Below are positions 25,401-37,337 of a DNA stretch of 64,000 bases, in pieces. Within the stretch, counting starts at the first letter, position 1; each line of letters opens with the position of its first letter. The DNA is from Selaginella moellendorffii (Eukaryota > Plantae > Lycopodiophyta), in assembly GCF_000143415.4 (NCBI RefSeq), contig NW_003314267.1, positions 1,890,185 to 1,954,184 of the forward strand. Direction: 5' to 3'. Under the pieces are notes generated by a model. The model did not search any database and had not been told where the DNA came from. It saw nothing but the letters and a program-made list of their open reading frames with translations. The translations under genes and the position numbers were made by a program.

Positions 25401-28400
25401 GGGTAAATGGGATGAGTCTTGCCCCAATAATAGAGTGAGGATGAATGAATATAGAAGTGGAGCAAAAATGAATGACATAAATTATGGAGTGAGGACAAAT
25501 ATAGCACATCTAAATGGAATATCAAACTTTGATATAATGAAGCCAAATGGATACAATAGTGGAGAGAAGTTGAACATTGATAGTGAAGTGAGGATAACAT
25601 AGTGAGTCTAAATAGAATCAATGCTTTAGAACTTTTTTTACTTTCAAGGATGGAATAAAAAGGATGTGGGGGATGACTTCCCATATATAGTGCTAAATAA
25701 GGATAAAGATTATGAGTTTGAGTGAATATGACTCTCAAAATGTTGACTAAAAAGAAAATATAGAGGCAAATTTTACTTATGGTCGTGAGTTTGAGTTAAT
25801 AATGGTCTTGGAAGATGGCTAGTAGATGGATTTAGAAGTTGGATATATCATTTACTGTAATGGCATTTCATGGACTACAATGATTCTCAAAATCCCTTGC
25901 TTTGATTTAAAATTATGGTTTCAAGATTGGTTCAAGCATTTAGTAGTTGCACACAAAGTTGCAACTAGTTCATCAAAATTTCATAATTAACTAATGTTGG
26001 TGCCATGGTTTTGGATTCTGTTTATTCAACAATTATATTAGTGGTTTTATGGGAGCTTCAAATTCTTGTAGCACTCTATAGTTGCCATACAAAAGCTCCA
26101 GATGTTCCACCTAACTTATTGTTATCACCTTTTCATCTTTTAGAGGGGAGGATGGTGTAAAATTTATTAATATATATACATATAAATATGTAATACCTAC
26201 CTTAACTCAACCTGCCATCCAAGCAATCAAGAAAAATGAGATTGGCACAATATTGATGCAGCCATCCTCTATAATATGTTGACAATCTTTGCAACTATAT
26301 CCTCCCCTTTGCCTCCTAATGTTGCCTTCAAATATTGCTCCAAGATGTTAGTCCAAGTGTTACCACTAAGCATTTCTTCTTTACCAAATATTACCACTAA
26401 ATATTACATTCAAGTATTACTCTAATTATTGCTTTTCTACCAAGTATTACTACCAAATGTGCTCTAAGTGTTGTATATCTCAAAGTGTTGTAACTTGAAA
26501 TCTTAGTACCTCAAAGTGTTACTCCTTCCAAGTAAACAAGGTTTGCCCAAGGAAGATGAAAGACTACCTAAGTTTAGATTGGAGCTAGAGTTTTTCTAGC
26601 TCATAAGGAATCTAGTTTGATGAGAATGTTTGGTTGCCTTAATTAAATCTGAGAGTAATAAATATTCTTAGAATGCTTAAGAATTTGGTTTGTGATTTTG
26701 TCATAATTATTTTTCTTGAGTCACATTAAATAATAATCTGTCCACTTTGGTTTGCTTTATGAATAATTTTTGGTTAATTTACACAATGCTTTAGAGTTTA
26801 CCAAAATTTTAAGTTTTTAGCAAGTATTTCATGTATTTGGATCTAGCAAGCATTTGATAACCTCTTGTTATTACAAATTCAATTCTAGATTCCCATCTAG
26901 ATGTGTTATGTTCTCTAATAACAAAAGAGAATCTTCTTTTGATCATATGTGTTTTTGTGTGTACTTGAATTATATGAACATGAATTAGCAAGCATTGTAA
27001 CTTTGAGAGAATCTTCACTAAATAGGGATTCAAAAGAGTGGTTATGGTTTTGATTCTTGTCTACTTTTGTGTGAATATGAATTTAGGGCAAGAAATGGAG
27101 TAATTGTCCCGCTGAAAGTAAGCTCCCAATTTTCATGATCAACTTCTTTAGAATTTCTTTGCAGAAGTTTAGGCTTCTACAATTCTAACATTTCTTTCCA
27201 TGTTGCACATGGCAGAAATGCCCTCTTTAGATCCTCTCTCCCTCACGATCCTTCTTCATAACCTCATCAGCTACATTGGCATGCTTGATGTTATCAGTGA
27301 ACATTAACTTTAAAATATTTCAAAAGTTAGGACTGACTGCTTACTATAGTTCTAATAGCCAAGATACATATTACATGCCCAATCCTCATAGGAATTTTCA
27401 AAATAATTTCATGTTATTTAATCAAATCTAACTAGACTTAGACAATCATCAAACGAGTGATAATTAACAAGTCCTCAAGTCCATGGATTTAGAAGGGATA
27501 ACTCCCAACATACATTCTTGACTGCCATCTATATATGCACAATGCTCTATTGGTTTGAGCCTTGTAGGATTAGTTGCTGCTAGAGATGAGTTCCTTGACA
27601 CTAGGTGAGCCTTTATAGAAGAGCCAGGTTCCTCTCAGTACAATGGACAATGTGGTAATTTTCTCTAATATAGGCAAAGTTTTGTTTATAAAATATTAAA
27701 AATAAGAAAGAAAATTAGTATTAAACCCTCATTAATTAGAAACTAAATAGAAAAGAAAGCTATTAGATTAAGGAATATTTTATAACCCATCATGCCATAT
27801 CCACACAGAGCTACTACTGCTCCTGCTGCTGCTGCAATATCAAATCTAGCTGGTGAGGAGTTAATGGCACTGCTACTACTTGGAATGCTTGGGGGAGTGG
27901 CAGCAGTCTTTGGCTGGCTTTTGCCATTTTGCTACCATAGATGGGGATTCGCATATCACTAGTTACTGACAAATGCATTTGTTTAGAAATTTATGCAAAG
28001 ACTATGCTTGCATTTGTATTTGTTAGGCGTTTGTGTTTGTTATTAGAACCTTCAACTAAGTTAAAGAATATTCTTTTCTTTTACCTTTAACTTTTCTTGG
28101 GCTGAGCAACAAAAGATGCTAGGGAGAGAAGGCAAGCTGTCGAAAAGGATTAAGGTAAGGACACCATCCTTGGCAAAGCATATGATAATGCTCAGCATTG
28201 CTGAATTTGTAAGCATTGCAGCAATATAAAGGGTCTTTGAAATGTCACTAGGCACATTTGGGGCCAATCCCAGGTAATGAGATCATGTACTAGTGTATTG
28301 CTACACTAACATGAAGCTAGTCTAGCTCATAGAGACTAAGGGCTCTTGTAAGGAGATTGAATTTAGAAGTCAATTGCAAGAGGTTTTTGCATATGCAGCA

Positions 28401-29299
28401 AAGAATGGAAGAATTCCAAGACTTTTACAGGAGATAGATGAAGTGACTATGATGATCTGAGTGATTGAACACACAATAGAATATTCGAATATTTAAAAGA
28501 TTATTTTAGAATATTTTCATTTATTTAGGTTTTTTTTCTTCTTACTGACAAACACGTTTGGAGCATAATTTGACATTTGGAAATGCATTTGCATTTATGT
28601 GGAACATTTATGCATTTGTTTGGTAAGTATGACTATTGCTAATGCAGTGAAATTCTTTTTACTCCCAAATGGATCTCAAGCTGGCATGGATTTTGGTTGA
28701 AACTCTTTCGTCCTAGGTCTGGCAGTGTAAGGAGCAAGGCTTTCATGGATTTAAGGCCTTACTATTACAATGGAAGTGAGTTGAGAATTACATCATTATT
28801 GGGTTTTTGCTGGAGAATGACATGATTGTGATGTTTGTCACCAAAGTTTTTGGTTTAGTAAAGGTTTGTATTCGTGATAAAAGTAAGAAAATTAGTATTA
28901 AACTTTGATTACACATAAATATATCATTGGAAAATGCTTTGGGGCTAGTTTATATGAGAAAGGATTCCCAAAAGAAACAGAGGTGGAATATCCTAAGCTA
29001 GAAGGCTTGGAAAGCAAGCTATTAAATTGTCAAATATTCTAGAATATGCTTGAATATGTTAAGTATGTTCATGTGATCTCAGTGAGCATGATGAATATTG
29101 AAGTGATCTAGCACATATTGGTGAGCCACACTCCACCCTATGGCTTCTAAGAAGCCAGTTGGTTCAGCATCTTAGCAATCAAGTGGAAGAGCACCCTAAA
29201 TGAGTTCACTTGGCTTTAATTTCACTTTCGAGGCATAGCTGGTTCACTTAAGAGTTTTGTCTTGTACTTGTTTAATCCCTGCAAGACATAGGGAACATA

Positions 29300-29660
29300 T
29301 CATATTGCTCCAACCTTGTCCCTTGCTGGTGAGATCTTGGCTTTGCTCTGAAGAAGTTTCCACTGAATCTCCACGGCCTTGCACAGCTCCAGGAACCCTC
29401 CTTGAGCTGGATCTCCACGCAACTGCAGTCTCCAAGGCCCCATTCTACCATGGTCGAGACTTCCTCACGTCAATGCTGAACTTGTCGTATCACATCCTGC
29501 CTTTGATCCTGCAACTGTGAGCAGTAACGAGTTGTCCGGGGCAATTCCTTCGTCCATGGGAAGCATGCTGAGTTTGAAGGAGCCATCTCTGGAGCTGAGT
29601 GGTGAGGTCCCCAGGAGCCTGGTAAACCTGGACTCGTTGAGATGGTTTAACGTGAGCTGA
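29300..29660 (+). pseudogene. LRR receptor-like protein fragment
   Basis: Translates to plant extracellular LRR consensus VSSNELSGAIPSSMGSMLSLKE..LSGEVPRSLVNLDSLRWFNVS, with indels. Confidence 0.7.
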
Positions 29661-29721
29661 AAATTAAAAGCAGGAATCTTCTGAATAAAAATAATAGAGC
29701 TCCTGCAGTAAATTGGTGACC

Positions 29722-29806
29722 GAAAGCCGCGGAATCGAACCCAACGTTTTCGCTGCAAAAAGGTCGAGATCCAAAAAGCAACGCGCTCTACCGGCTGAGC
29801 TTACAC
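29722..29806 (-). pseudogene. tRNA-Lys-derived relic with intact A and B boxes and an expanded middle
   Basis: AGCTCAGCCGGTAGAGCGCG and GGGTTCGATTCC retained; no acceptor stem. Confidence 0.55.
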
Positions 29807-30463
29807 ATTTGATCACTGCAAATAACTAAAACTGTATAATAAAAAACGTGACAAACCAGTGTGTGCTCGTTTTACGTCATGCACTCCTCTCCTCACTGCA
29901 ATCAAACAACAGCAGCTTCATAAACTCTAGGGATCGGAAAATTGCGATGAGCAAAGCGATGGACATCCTTGCCTGTCATACAAGTGCCGTCTCCTGGCGT
30001 TGCTATTTCACGTGTATTTTTGTCTTTCTGATCCAACACATACACATGAACACGTTTTTCCAATCCAAAAACGTTACTTCAAGCGCGTACCTGGCCCAAT
30101 ATGTTGAGCTTGGCGCTCTTCCAATCTCCCTGCAGAGCGATCACTGTGAAGGTGAAGTTCTAGAAAAGAGGAGGAATTTCCGACCGGGGCTGAGTACTGT
30201 AAAAAGACAACTAGATTGTTCCTCCTCCGGCCTGCCAAGTAGCATTATGGCTTGCTACAGTCTAGAAACTAGAATTCAGAGCACGTACCTGGCTCTAGAA
30301 ACGTTATAGATGATTTTCCGTGCAGCAGAGATCTCAATGTTCTCAGTCCGAGAGATTTAACTAGCTCGGAGAGCACGAAAGTTAAATCGAATTGCCAGTG
30401 CAAGGAGTCTCAAAAGAAAAGGAGAAATGCTCGAGCTTGCCTCTTGCCTGGTAAGAGCGAACT

Positions 30464-30536
30464 CGCCGTCTGTGGGAGTTGAACCCACGACCACGTGGTT
30501 AAAAGCCACGCGCTCTACCGGCTGAGCTAAGACGGC
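30464..30536 (-). tRNA. tRNA-Lys(UUU)
   Basis: 73 nt GCCGTCTTAGCTCAGCCGGTAGAGCGCGTGGCTTTTAACCACGTGGTCGTGGGTTCAACTCCCACAGACGGCG; full cloverleaf, TTT anticodon. Confidence 0.92.
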
Positions 30537-31197
30537 TTGAACAACTGGTTTGAAATGCTAGGAAGAATTCTGCAAGTATAACAAACTCAGAACGAACCTT
30601 CTGAAGCACTCTGTGCGTGTGTTTACGTCATGTAATTTCGTCTCGTCCCTGTAAACATTGCTAGCAAAATGCAACCAGAAATCGGGAAACCAAGAGTAAA
30701 CCTCATCGAAGCAGTGTGTATCTCCTTGTACTTTCCTCCTCGTCTCTGTGTAATCAAACATAATCAAACACAACGTCAGCACGCTTGCAAAGCGAAATAC
30801 AAAGACTGACTAGAGATTTTATTACCTCGTCTCCTTGCGAGCGATATTTTGCTGGGAGTTCGCATAGTTCTCTTCTTTCTGTTCCCACAAGCTAATCTGA
30901 TTTTGAGAAAAGCCGTGGTGAAGGAAGCCACGAGCGCGACTTGCACCTAGTTATATCTTTCCTGAAAATTAGCTTCAACTGTGTTTATCCTGAATTGAAA
31001 AAGCCACTTCCAAGCACAGTACCTTATGTGAGTACAAAAACGCCATTGTTTTCCGTTGAAACCTTGGGATCCTCCAGTTTCAAATACAAGGTACTGCAGC
31101 TGAATACAGAAGGAGGCATCAATAAACAAAAAAAAAAAGTGAAGAACTCGGCTAGATGAGTACTGTGACAAACGCAAAGTGCAAATTCGCAAGCACC

Positions 31198-31438
31198 TAA
31201 ACAAACTTGATTGCCGAGTGGCAGTCGGAGCGCACTCGCAAGTTCTTGACGATGCAAAGCGGCGTCCTGGGTGGCGTGCTGGCAATCCCAAACGCCACCG
31301 CCAGCTTCTCGCTGTGATAGAACAGCACCTCGTCCTTGTCCTCCTCTTCCATGCTGTGGATCACCACCTTTCGATCCGGCTCGTACCCCTTGATCCTCAT
31401 CTCCGACAGCAGCCCCTGCAGCGTCTTGAAGATGCGGT
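31198..31438 (-). pseudogene. Orphan PPR E+/DYW deaminase fragment
   Basis: GYEPD..VLFYHSEKLAVAFG..KNLRVRSDCHSAIKF; no PPR array, no DYW terminus, CxxC changed to RSDC. Confidence 0.85.
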
Positions 31439-32320
31439 TAACACCAAAGCTCCCGGAATCCACTGAGTATCCACAAGTACCTGCTTGTAGAAAACCTCAC
31501 AGAAACTTTTTCCGTCCAGCTGAAAGCTCGAAGAGTTGGACGTTTAATCCAGCGCTAATTCCTGTGACAAAACATTGAAAGTAGTACTTGTTTCCTGCAT
31601 ACAGCTAAAAACTCTTGTCAAGAAAACTATCTTGCAGTGCAGCAAATTGAACTGTACCGGTTTGTGGAAAACAGCTGTGACATTCATCAATACTAAATCG
31701 AATGCTCCTCGTGCAACGTGATGGCCCTCGTACGAACCTTGACAAGTTGCAACAGTTGCAACGCGCAACTTAGCCTGCCATCAGGAAAAACGGTCTCAGT
31801 GAGTATGATCAAGTCAAAAGGCAAGCAAATTGATGTACCTGTTTCCGGCTGGTCCAGGAAAAAAAAAAATGAAAACTATTTCCTGGCCTGCAACCAATTT
31901 GCAGCGGTTTTGGGAGCGCTCACTTTGCTGTAAGATAGCCAACAAAGGTTCAGCGAGCGAACTCATGAATCCACAAAGGCGTTAAAGCTTTTTATAATTC
32001 TTGGAAGATTACCTGTAGGTGCAGCGAGAGAGCACTAAACTCCTGTGGAATCACTACGGAGTCTTGACGACTAATCGGATGAGCCTAATCGAGGAATCAA
32101 ACAATGTCTGAATGTCAGCTTCGAATGTCAAGAACGCTAAATATTTCTAGTGCGTCAAAATTTCCGACTGGTCTCAGAAGGAGATCGAGTTGCGCTACCT
32201 GGCTTTAGCGAAGAATGCCCGCCCGCCCTATAGCTCCACAAACCCTAGAAGGAATAAAAACCTGCCATTTCCTAGTAAATCAGACACACGAATCTCACAG
32301 AAACTGGGAGCTCTTGCAAA

Positions 32321-32393
32321 CGCTGTCTGTGGGAATCGAACCCACGACCACGTGGTTAAAAGCCACGCGCTCTACCTGCTGAGCTAAGACGGC
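32321..32393 (-). tRNA. tRNA-Lys(UUU), one acceptor-stem mismatch
   Basis: 73-nt copy with TTT anticodon; acceptor GCCGTCT/AGACAGC has a C3:A70 mismatch. Confidence 0.8.
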
Positions 32394-32635
32394 TTCCACG
32401 GGAAAGAAGAAATTCGTAAAAAGTACAAACTTGGAAGCACAAAAGTTGTTACGAAAGAAGTTTCACAAAGAACATAAACAACTAGATCGTTCCTCCTATT
32501 GCCTACCAAGTAAACTAGAATTCACTACCTGGTGATTTCCCGTGCTTTCGACAGTTTTTTACCACTGCAGCAAAATCAAAGGAGTCTCACAAAGAACAAA
32601 GAACTCGAGCTTGCCTGATGAGAATGAACTCGCCT

Positions 32636-32702
32636 CGCCGTCTGTGGGAATCGAACCCACGACCACGTGGTTAAAAGCCACTATCGGCTGAGCTAAAACG
32701 GC
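32636..32702 (-). pseudogene. tRNA-Lys(UUU) pseudogene
   Basis: About 6-nt deletion at the D-stem/anticodon-stem junction. Confidence 0.85.
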
Positions 32703-34263
32703 TTGCACACCTGTTTCGACATGCTCGGAAAATTTCTACAGAAACAAATTCCCCAAGAACCGAAGTAGTGTGTGTTTTATGTGTCATGCACTGTGGTCCT
32801 CCTCACTAAAGCGCAACGGGAATTCTAGAAATCGGGGAACCAAGAATAAACCTCACCAAAGCAGTGTGTATGAACATCCTTGTCTTCGTCCTCTCTGTGT
32901 AATCAAACGCAGCGTCAGGATGCTTGTACAAAGACTGACTAGAGGAATCTTTATCACCTCGTCTCCTTGAGAGCGATGTTTTGCTGGGAGATCGCATAAT
33001 TCTTTACTTCCTACTCTAGAATGCGTGGTAAAGGAAGCCAGTCGGACCTAGAGAACACGTTTTTCTGAATAGAAACAAGTCACAGTACCTGATCCAAATC
33101 GCTGTCACACGATATATGAGCATCAAAGAACCCATAGTTTCCGTGCGATCTTCCAGGCCCAGTTTCAAATGCAAGGCACTGCAAAAGGAGCCATCAATAA
33201 ACAAAAACAAAAGAGAGAAGAATTCGGCTGTGAGGAGTTTTGGAAATCTGCAAGCAGCTCAACTGAACACTAGCTCACAGTATCCACAATTGTAGAAAAC
33301 CTCACAGAATTTTTTGTCGTAAAATCTAGCGCTGATCCTGTGACAAAACACTGAAAGTAAAAATCGACTGCTGTCAAGAAAACTGCAAGCCTTTCTTGCA
33401 GCGAATTGAACTGTACCGGTTTGTGAGACAAATCCATCACGTGAAATTCACGTGATGGCCCTCGTACGAACCTTGACAAGTTGCAACAGTTCCAACGCGC
33501 AACTTAGCGCCTGCCACCAGGAGAAACGGTGTCAGAGATCGCGCAGAAGATGTGCTGTACCTGTTGCCGGGTGGTCCAGAATGAATAAACTATGAAATCT
33601 ATCTCCTGGCCTGCAACCAATTTGCAGCAGTTTTCGGTAGGAGCGGCTCAGTTTGCTGTAAGATAACAAGATCAGTGATGGAAGAAGCTAAAAAAAAGTT
33701 CATAACACATAAAGCCTTTTATAATTCTTGGAAGACCTCTGGAGCTACCCGTAGAAGTTTCGAGCTTCCTCCCACGAAAATACGGAAGTAAGATCAGCGA
33801 GAGAGCACTACACTCATGCCAGGCCAAGAACGCTAACCTTTTCTAATGCATCCAATCCAGCTTTCTGACTGTTCTCAGGAGGAGATCGAGTTGCGCTACC
33901 TGGCTTTGCGAAGAAATACCCGCCCGCATTCAAACCCTAGAAGCTAAATGAAAACCTGGAAAAAATCACCAAACAAAAGGGCACTCAGAAAAGATTTCCA
34001 TAGTGACAGTGATCTTTTTCTAACGTGGTGAGCTGAGACGGCCTACACACCTGGGATGTGATTGCCATAAAGAAAGTTTGCTATGGATCAAATGTTTCCT
34101 CCTCTGTCAAGTTCTTTGCGTTTGCCGGGACGTTGAGAGATGGATCTGCTTGTTAGATATCCGCAAGATGAAAGAAAATACTTCTCCGTCGAAACAAAGC
34201 CAAAGAACTCGCCTGTGCCTTGTTGTGTTCATCTGATGCAGCTACCTTAGCCAAATCCGTCTA

Positions 34264-34337
34264 TGCCGTCTGCGGCAATCGAACCCACCACGTGGTTAAA
34301 AGCCACGCTGGTGCTCTACCAGGTAAGCTAAGACGAG
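34264..34337 (-). pseudogene. tRNA-Lys(UUU) pseudogene
   Basis: Anticodon arm retained; indels in the variable and D regions; broken acceptor stem. A further stub lies at about 34023-34042. Confidence 0.8.
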
Positions 34338-34474
34338 AGTGACCGGTTCTGAACGAAAGGAGAATTTCGTAGAAAATAGAAATAGAAGCACCATACCTTA
34401 AGTCTGCAGCAGAGATTTTACGGAATCTCAGGCCGCTGTCCATCGCTTTTAAACTCTGTCCTAGAGGTTATTAA

Positions 34475-35071
34475 ATGAAGTGTACCCCCCAGCTCGTGGA
34501 ACTGGATCTACAAAAGGAAGTTTCGAATTAAATTTCCGAGTGCAGATTGCTCTACTCTATTGCTAGCAATCAATCAACTGAACCAAGGTTTCTTACACAA
34601 GTAAGAGCGAAAGACGTACCCGGTAGTGATGGTCACCTGAATATTTGGGAGCACGAAACCGGTACCGCGACTTCCCCTTGGTACGGCACCTTCCAAGTTG
34701 CAACAATCTTCCTGTCATCGAACATCTCGTCAGCAAAAATGGGATCAATCATGCAGTTTACCATTTCTCTTTAGACGATGGTACATGAAGTGTACCGCAG
34801 CTTGTGGAACTGCATCTACAGAAGAAGTTTCGAATTAAATTTCCGAGAGTACATTGCTCTACTCTATTGCTAGAAACCTCACACAACGCAACCAAGACTT
34901 GTTACACAAGTAACAGCGAAAGACGTACCCGGTTAGTTGAATATTTGGGACCACGAAACCGGACGTTCATCGTGAAACACGACTTCCCTTTGCTGCGAAA
35001 CCTTCTAAGTTGCAACAATCTTCCTGTCATCGAACATCTCGTCAGCAAAAATGTGATCAATCATGCAGTTT
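34475..35071. repeat. About 300-bp tandem duplication (34475-34760 / 34785-35071)
   Basis: Both units run atgaagtgtacc...gaagtttcgaattaaatttccgag...catcgaacatctcgtcagcaaaaatg.gatcaatcatgcagttta. Confidence 0.85.
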
Positions 35072-35407
35072 ATTGTTCAAACTTGCCGGCTGTCCAAAGA
35101 AAGCGACCGCGCGTGCCAGAGAAACCGATTTATTTTGCCGACTTACAACAAGTTGCAAAAGCTCGACAGTATAGTCAATTATGGATGGAATGAGCCAAAG
35201 GTACCAATTCCTGCGCAGCGGCAATATCAGTGTGAGAAGGAGCCAAGCCGAGCTTCGTAAGTCTTTAACTTTACAGCTAGCAGGAAAATGTTTCCGAGTC
35301 CACCGATGACTGCACATAATGAAGATCGCTCTCCCACCAAAAGCCTCCAAAAGCTTGGGCCAGTTGATATATAGTACCTTGCCGCAAAGCACCGCTCCCA
35401 CGCAGTG

Positions 35408-36949
35408 ATGGAGACCCTCAAGTTCTTGCTGCTGCTCTCGTCTTTCCTGAGTCTTGCAAGAGCTGATCAGGAGCAGCCATGGGTATGGCTGGATCCAGAT
35501 AGTGATCTCGAGCAGAAACCACGGCTTTCTTACCGATCAACCTGGCAAGGTGACAGGATAATGGATTTCTCCGCGGTTGGCTACCGAGGTGGGATGGATC
35601 CCATTCCCCCGGCTCCTCCAGTGAAGGTAACGTTGTTTCCTGGTGGTGGCGGCAGCAGCGACGACACAGAGGCGCTGCAAGCGGCAATAAACACCGTGTC
35701 TGCCATGCAATTAGACGAGCAAGGATTCAGAGGGACTGTAAAGCTTGCGAAAGGGACGTTCAACCTCGGTAAGAAGTCCATAGTGATCAACACCAGCGGC
35801 GTCGTTATAGATGGCAGCGGCGTAGACCAAACGCTGATCGACGCACACTCTCTGGAGGCTCAAGTTTTGTTCCGGATCCATGGAAATCCTGCGACGACAG
35901 TAAACAGCACACGGTCACCTGTTGTCGAGACAGTTCCTTCCGGGAGCAAAACTCTCCGGCTAAGCTCAGTAGCAGGCTTCTCCGAGGGAGACCAAGTGAG
36001 TATTACCTGGACTTGGAGCCCCCAGTGGATCCAGATGATGAACATGAGCGACTACTGGCGGCCGGGATACGGCTACAAAGCCGAGCGGATCATAAAGACG
36101 GTCTCCACACTCGACTCTTCCATCCAGCTGGATATCCCTCTTCCGTTTCGAATGGACATGAACTACCTGGACGAAGCTCACGGCGCAAGCGTCGAGAAGA
36201 TATCCACAGCCCCCCGCATCGCCCGAGTCGCCCTGCAGAACTTCAAGGCGGTGAAGAACATCACATTTCCAGGCACGGGATGCTTCCTAAAAATGCAAGA
36301 CGTGGAGGATGCGTGGATAACCGACCTGGAGCTCCACGACTTCAGCGGCACAATCCTGAAATACCCTAGAGAGTTGCTCCATACCTCGATCGCCATCGCT
36401 GGGACGAGAGTCACGGCCCAGAACTTGGTCCTGCACCGCACCGCGAACGCAACAAAGGGGCCGAAACCGTTCGACATAGCTCTCCACCGTCCTGGACAGC
36501 AAATACTCGTGAGAAACGTCACCATATCTGGGAACAGGGAATACAGCTTCATTACTGGAGACAGCATCGCCGGCCCCAACGTCTTCCACAACTGCACCGG
36601 ATTCGGAGCCAACACCGCGCAGCCGCACATGAGGTTCGCCACTGGACTGCTGTACGACAACCTTCGTATACCAGACGGTGGCATCGAGATGATAAACCGG
36701 CGATGGTTTGGAAGCGGCCATGGCATTGCCGCCGGCTTCTCCGTTGCATGGAACACGGAGAGCAAAAGCTTGCAGGTGATCAGCTCTCCCGGGGCTGCAA
36801 ACTGGGCGTTAGGATGCCGAGCTCAAGAGGTGAACGACAAGATACAAGGGATAAGCGAACCTGGATTCGTGGATGCGGTCTTGGATCCTCGTATTCCCTC
36901 GCTTTTCCTGGCTCAGCGTCACGCTGCCGGCATGCCGGCCGTCTTCTAG
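35408..36949 (+). CDS. Secreted pectin-lyase-fold (right-handed beta-helix) protein, intronless, 513 aa
   Basis: Signal peptide METLKFLLLLSSFLSLARA; DFSAVGYRGG and DDTEALQAAINTV..GTVKLAKGTF are typical beta-helix N-terminal motifs; many N-x-S/T sites. Confidence 0.75.
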   Translation: METLKFLLLLSSFLSLARADQEQPWVWLDPDSDLEQKPRLSYRSTWQGDRIMDFSAVGYRGGMDPIPPAPPVKVTLFPGGGGSSDDTEALQAAINTVSAMQLDEQGFRGTVKLAKGTFNLGKKSIVINTSGVVIDGSGVDQTLIDAHSLEAQVLFRIHGNPATTVNSTRSPVVETVPSGSKTLRLSSVAGFSEGDQVSITWTWSPQWIQMMNMSDYWRPGYGYKAERIIKTVSTLDSSIQLDIPLPFRMDMNYLDEAHGASVEKISTAPRIARVALQNFKAVKNITFPGTGCFLKMQDVEDAWITDLELHDFSGTILKYPRELLHTSIAIAGTRVTAQNLVLHRTANATKGPKPFDIALHRPGQQILVRNVTISGNREYSFITGDSIAGPNVFHNCTGFGANTAQPHMRFATGLLYDNLRIPDGGIEMINRRWFGSGHGIAAGFSVAWNTESKSLQVISSPGAANWALGCRAQEVNDKIQGISEPGFVDAVLDPRIPSLFLAQRHAAGMPAVF

Positions 36950-37337
36950 TCTAGTCTGGCCTCAGCTCCATAGCCAGAGCTTCCGTCTGACTTTGAACTT
37001 TCATAATCGCCCTGGAGCTCATCATACCTATGACGCGTCCGAGTCGGATTGATGGCAGAAGAATAGAGAGCACAAGCACCCAAAAGCCTCTCTAGAGCTG
37101 GTGGCTGCTGGTGCTCCCTGTCTTCTGTCAACAATAGATCCATACCATTTTTTTTGCATCTGAAGAGAAAACGAAAGAAAGGAAAAAAAAAGGACAAAAA
37201 ACCTTGACATTCTGAGAAGCGAAAAAACTTATAAGCCGGATAAAGTTTTAAAGCTTATCTGATATAGTTCACATCGGACCGTCGATGTGTTCCGTCCAGC
37301 TTACTTTCCGAGTTTTTGGCTCCAGCATTGAGAATAG

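Larger units (their letters stand above)
30206..33960. repeat. Diverged tandem duplication (about 30206-32265 versus 32479-33960) carrying tRNA-Lys
   Basis: Colinear shared blocks: acaactagat.gttcctcct, caaagactgactagag, gatggccctcgtacgaaccttgacaagttgcaacagtt, gagatcgagttgcgctacctggcttt. Confidence 0.85.

Noticed and set aside
24450-29220. Possible further TE relics (PPT+TG at about 26140-26160; transposase-like traces at about 28300-29200)
   Set aside because: Too decayed to assign a family or boundaries by eye.
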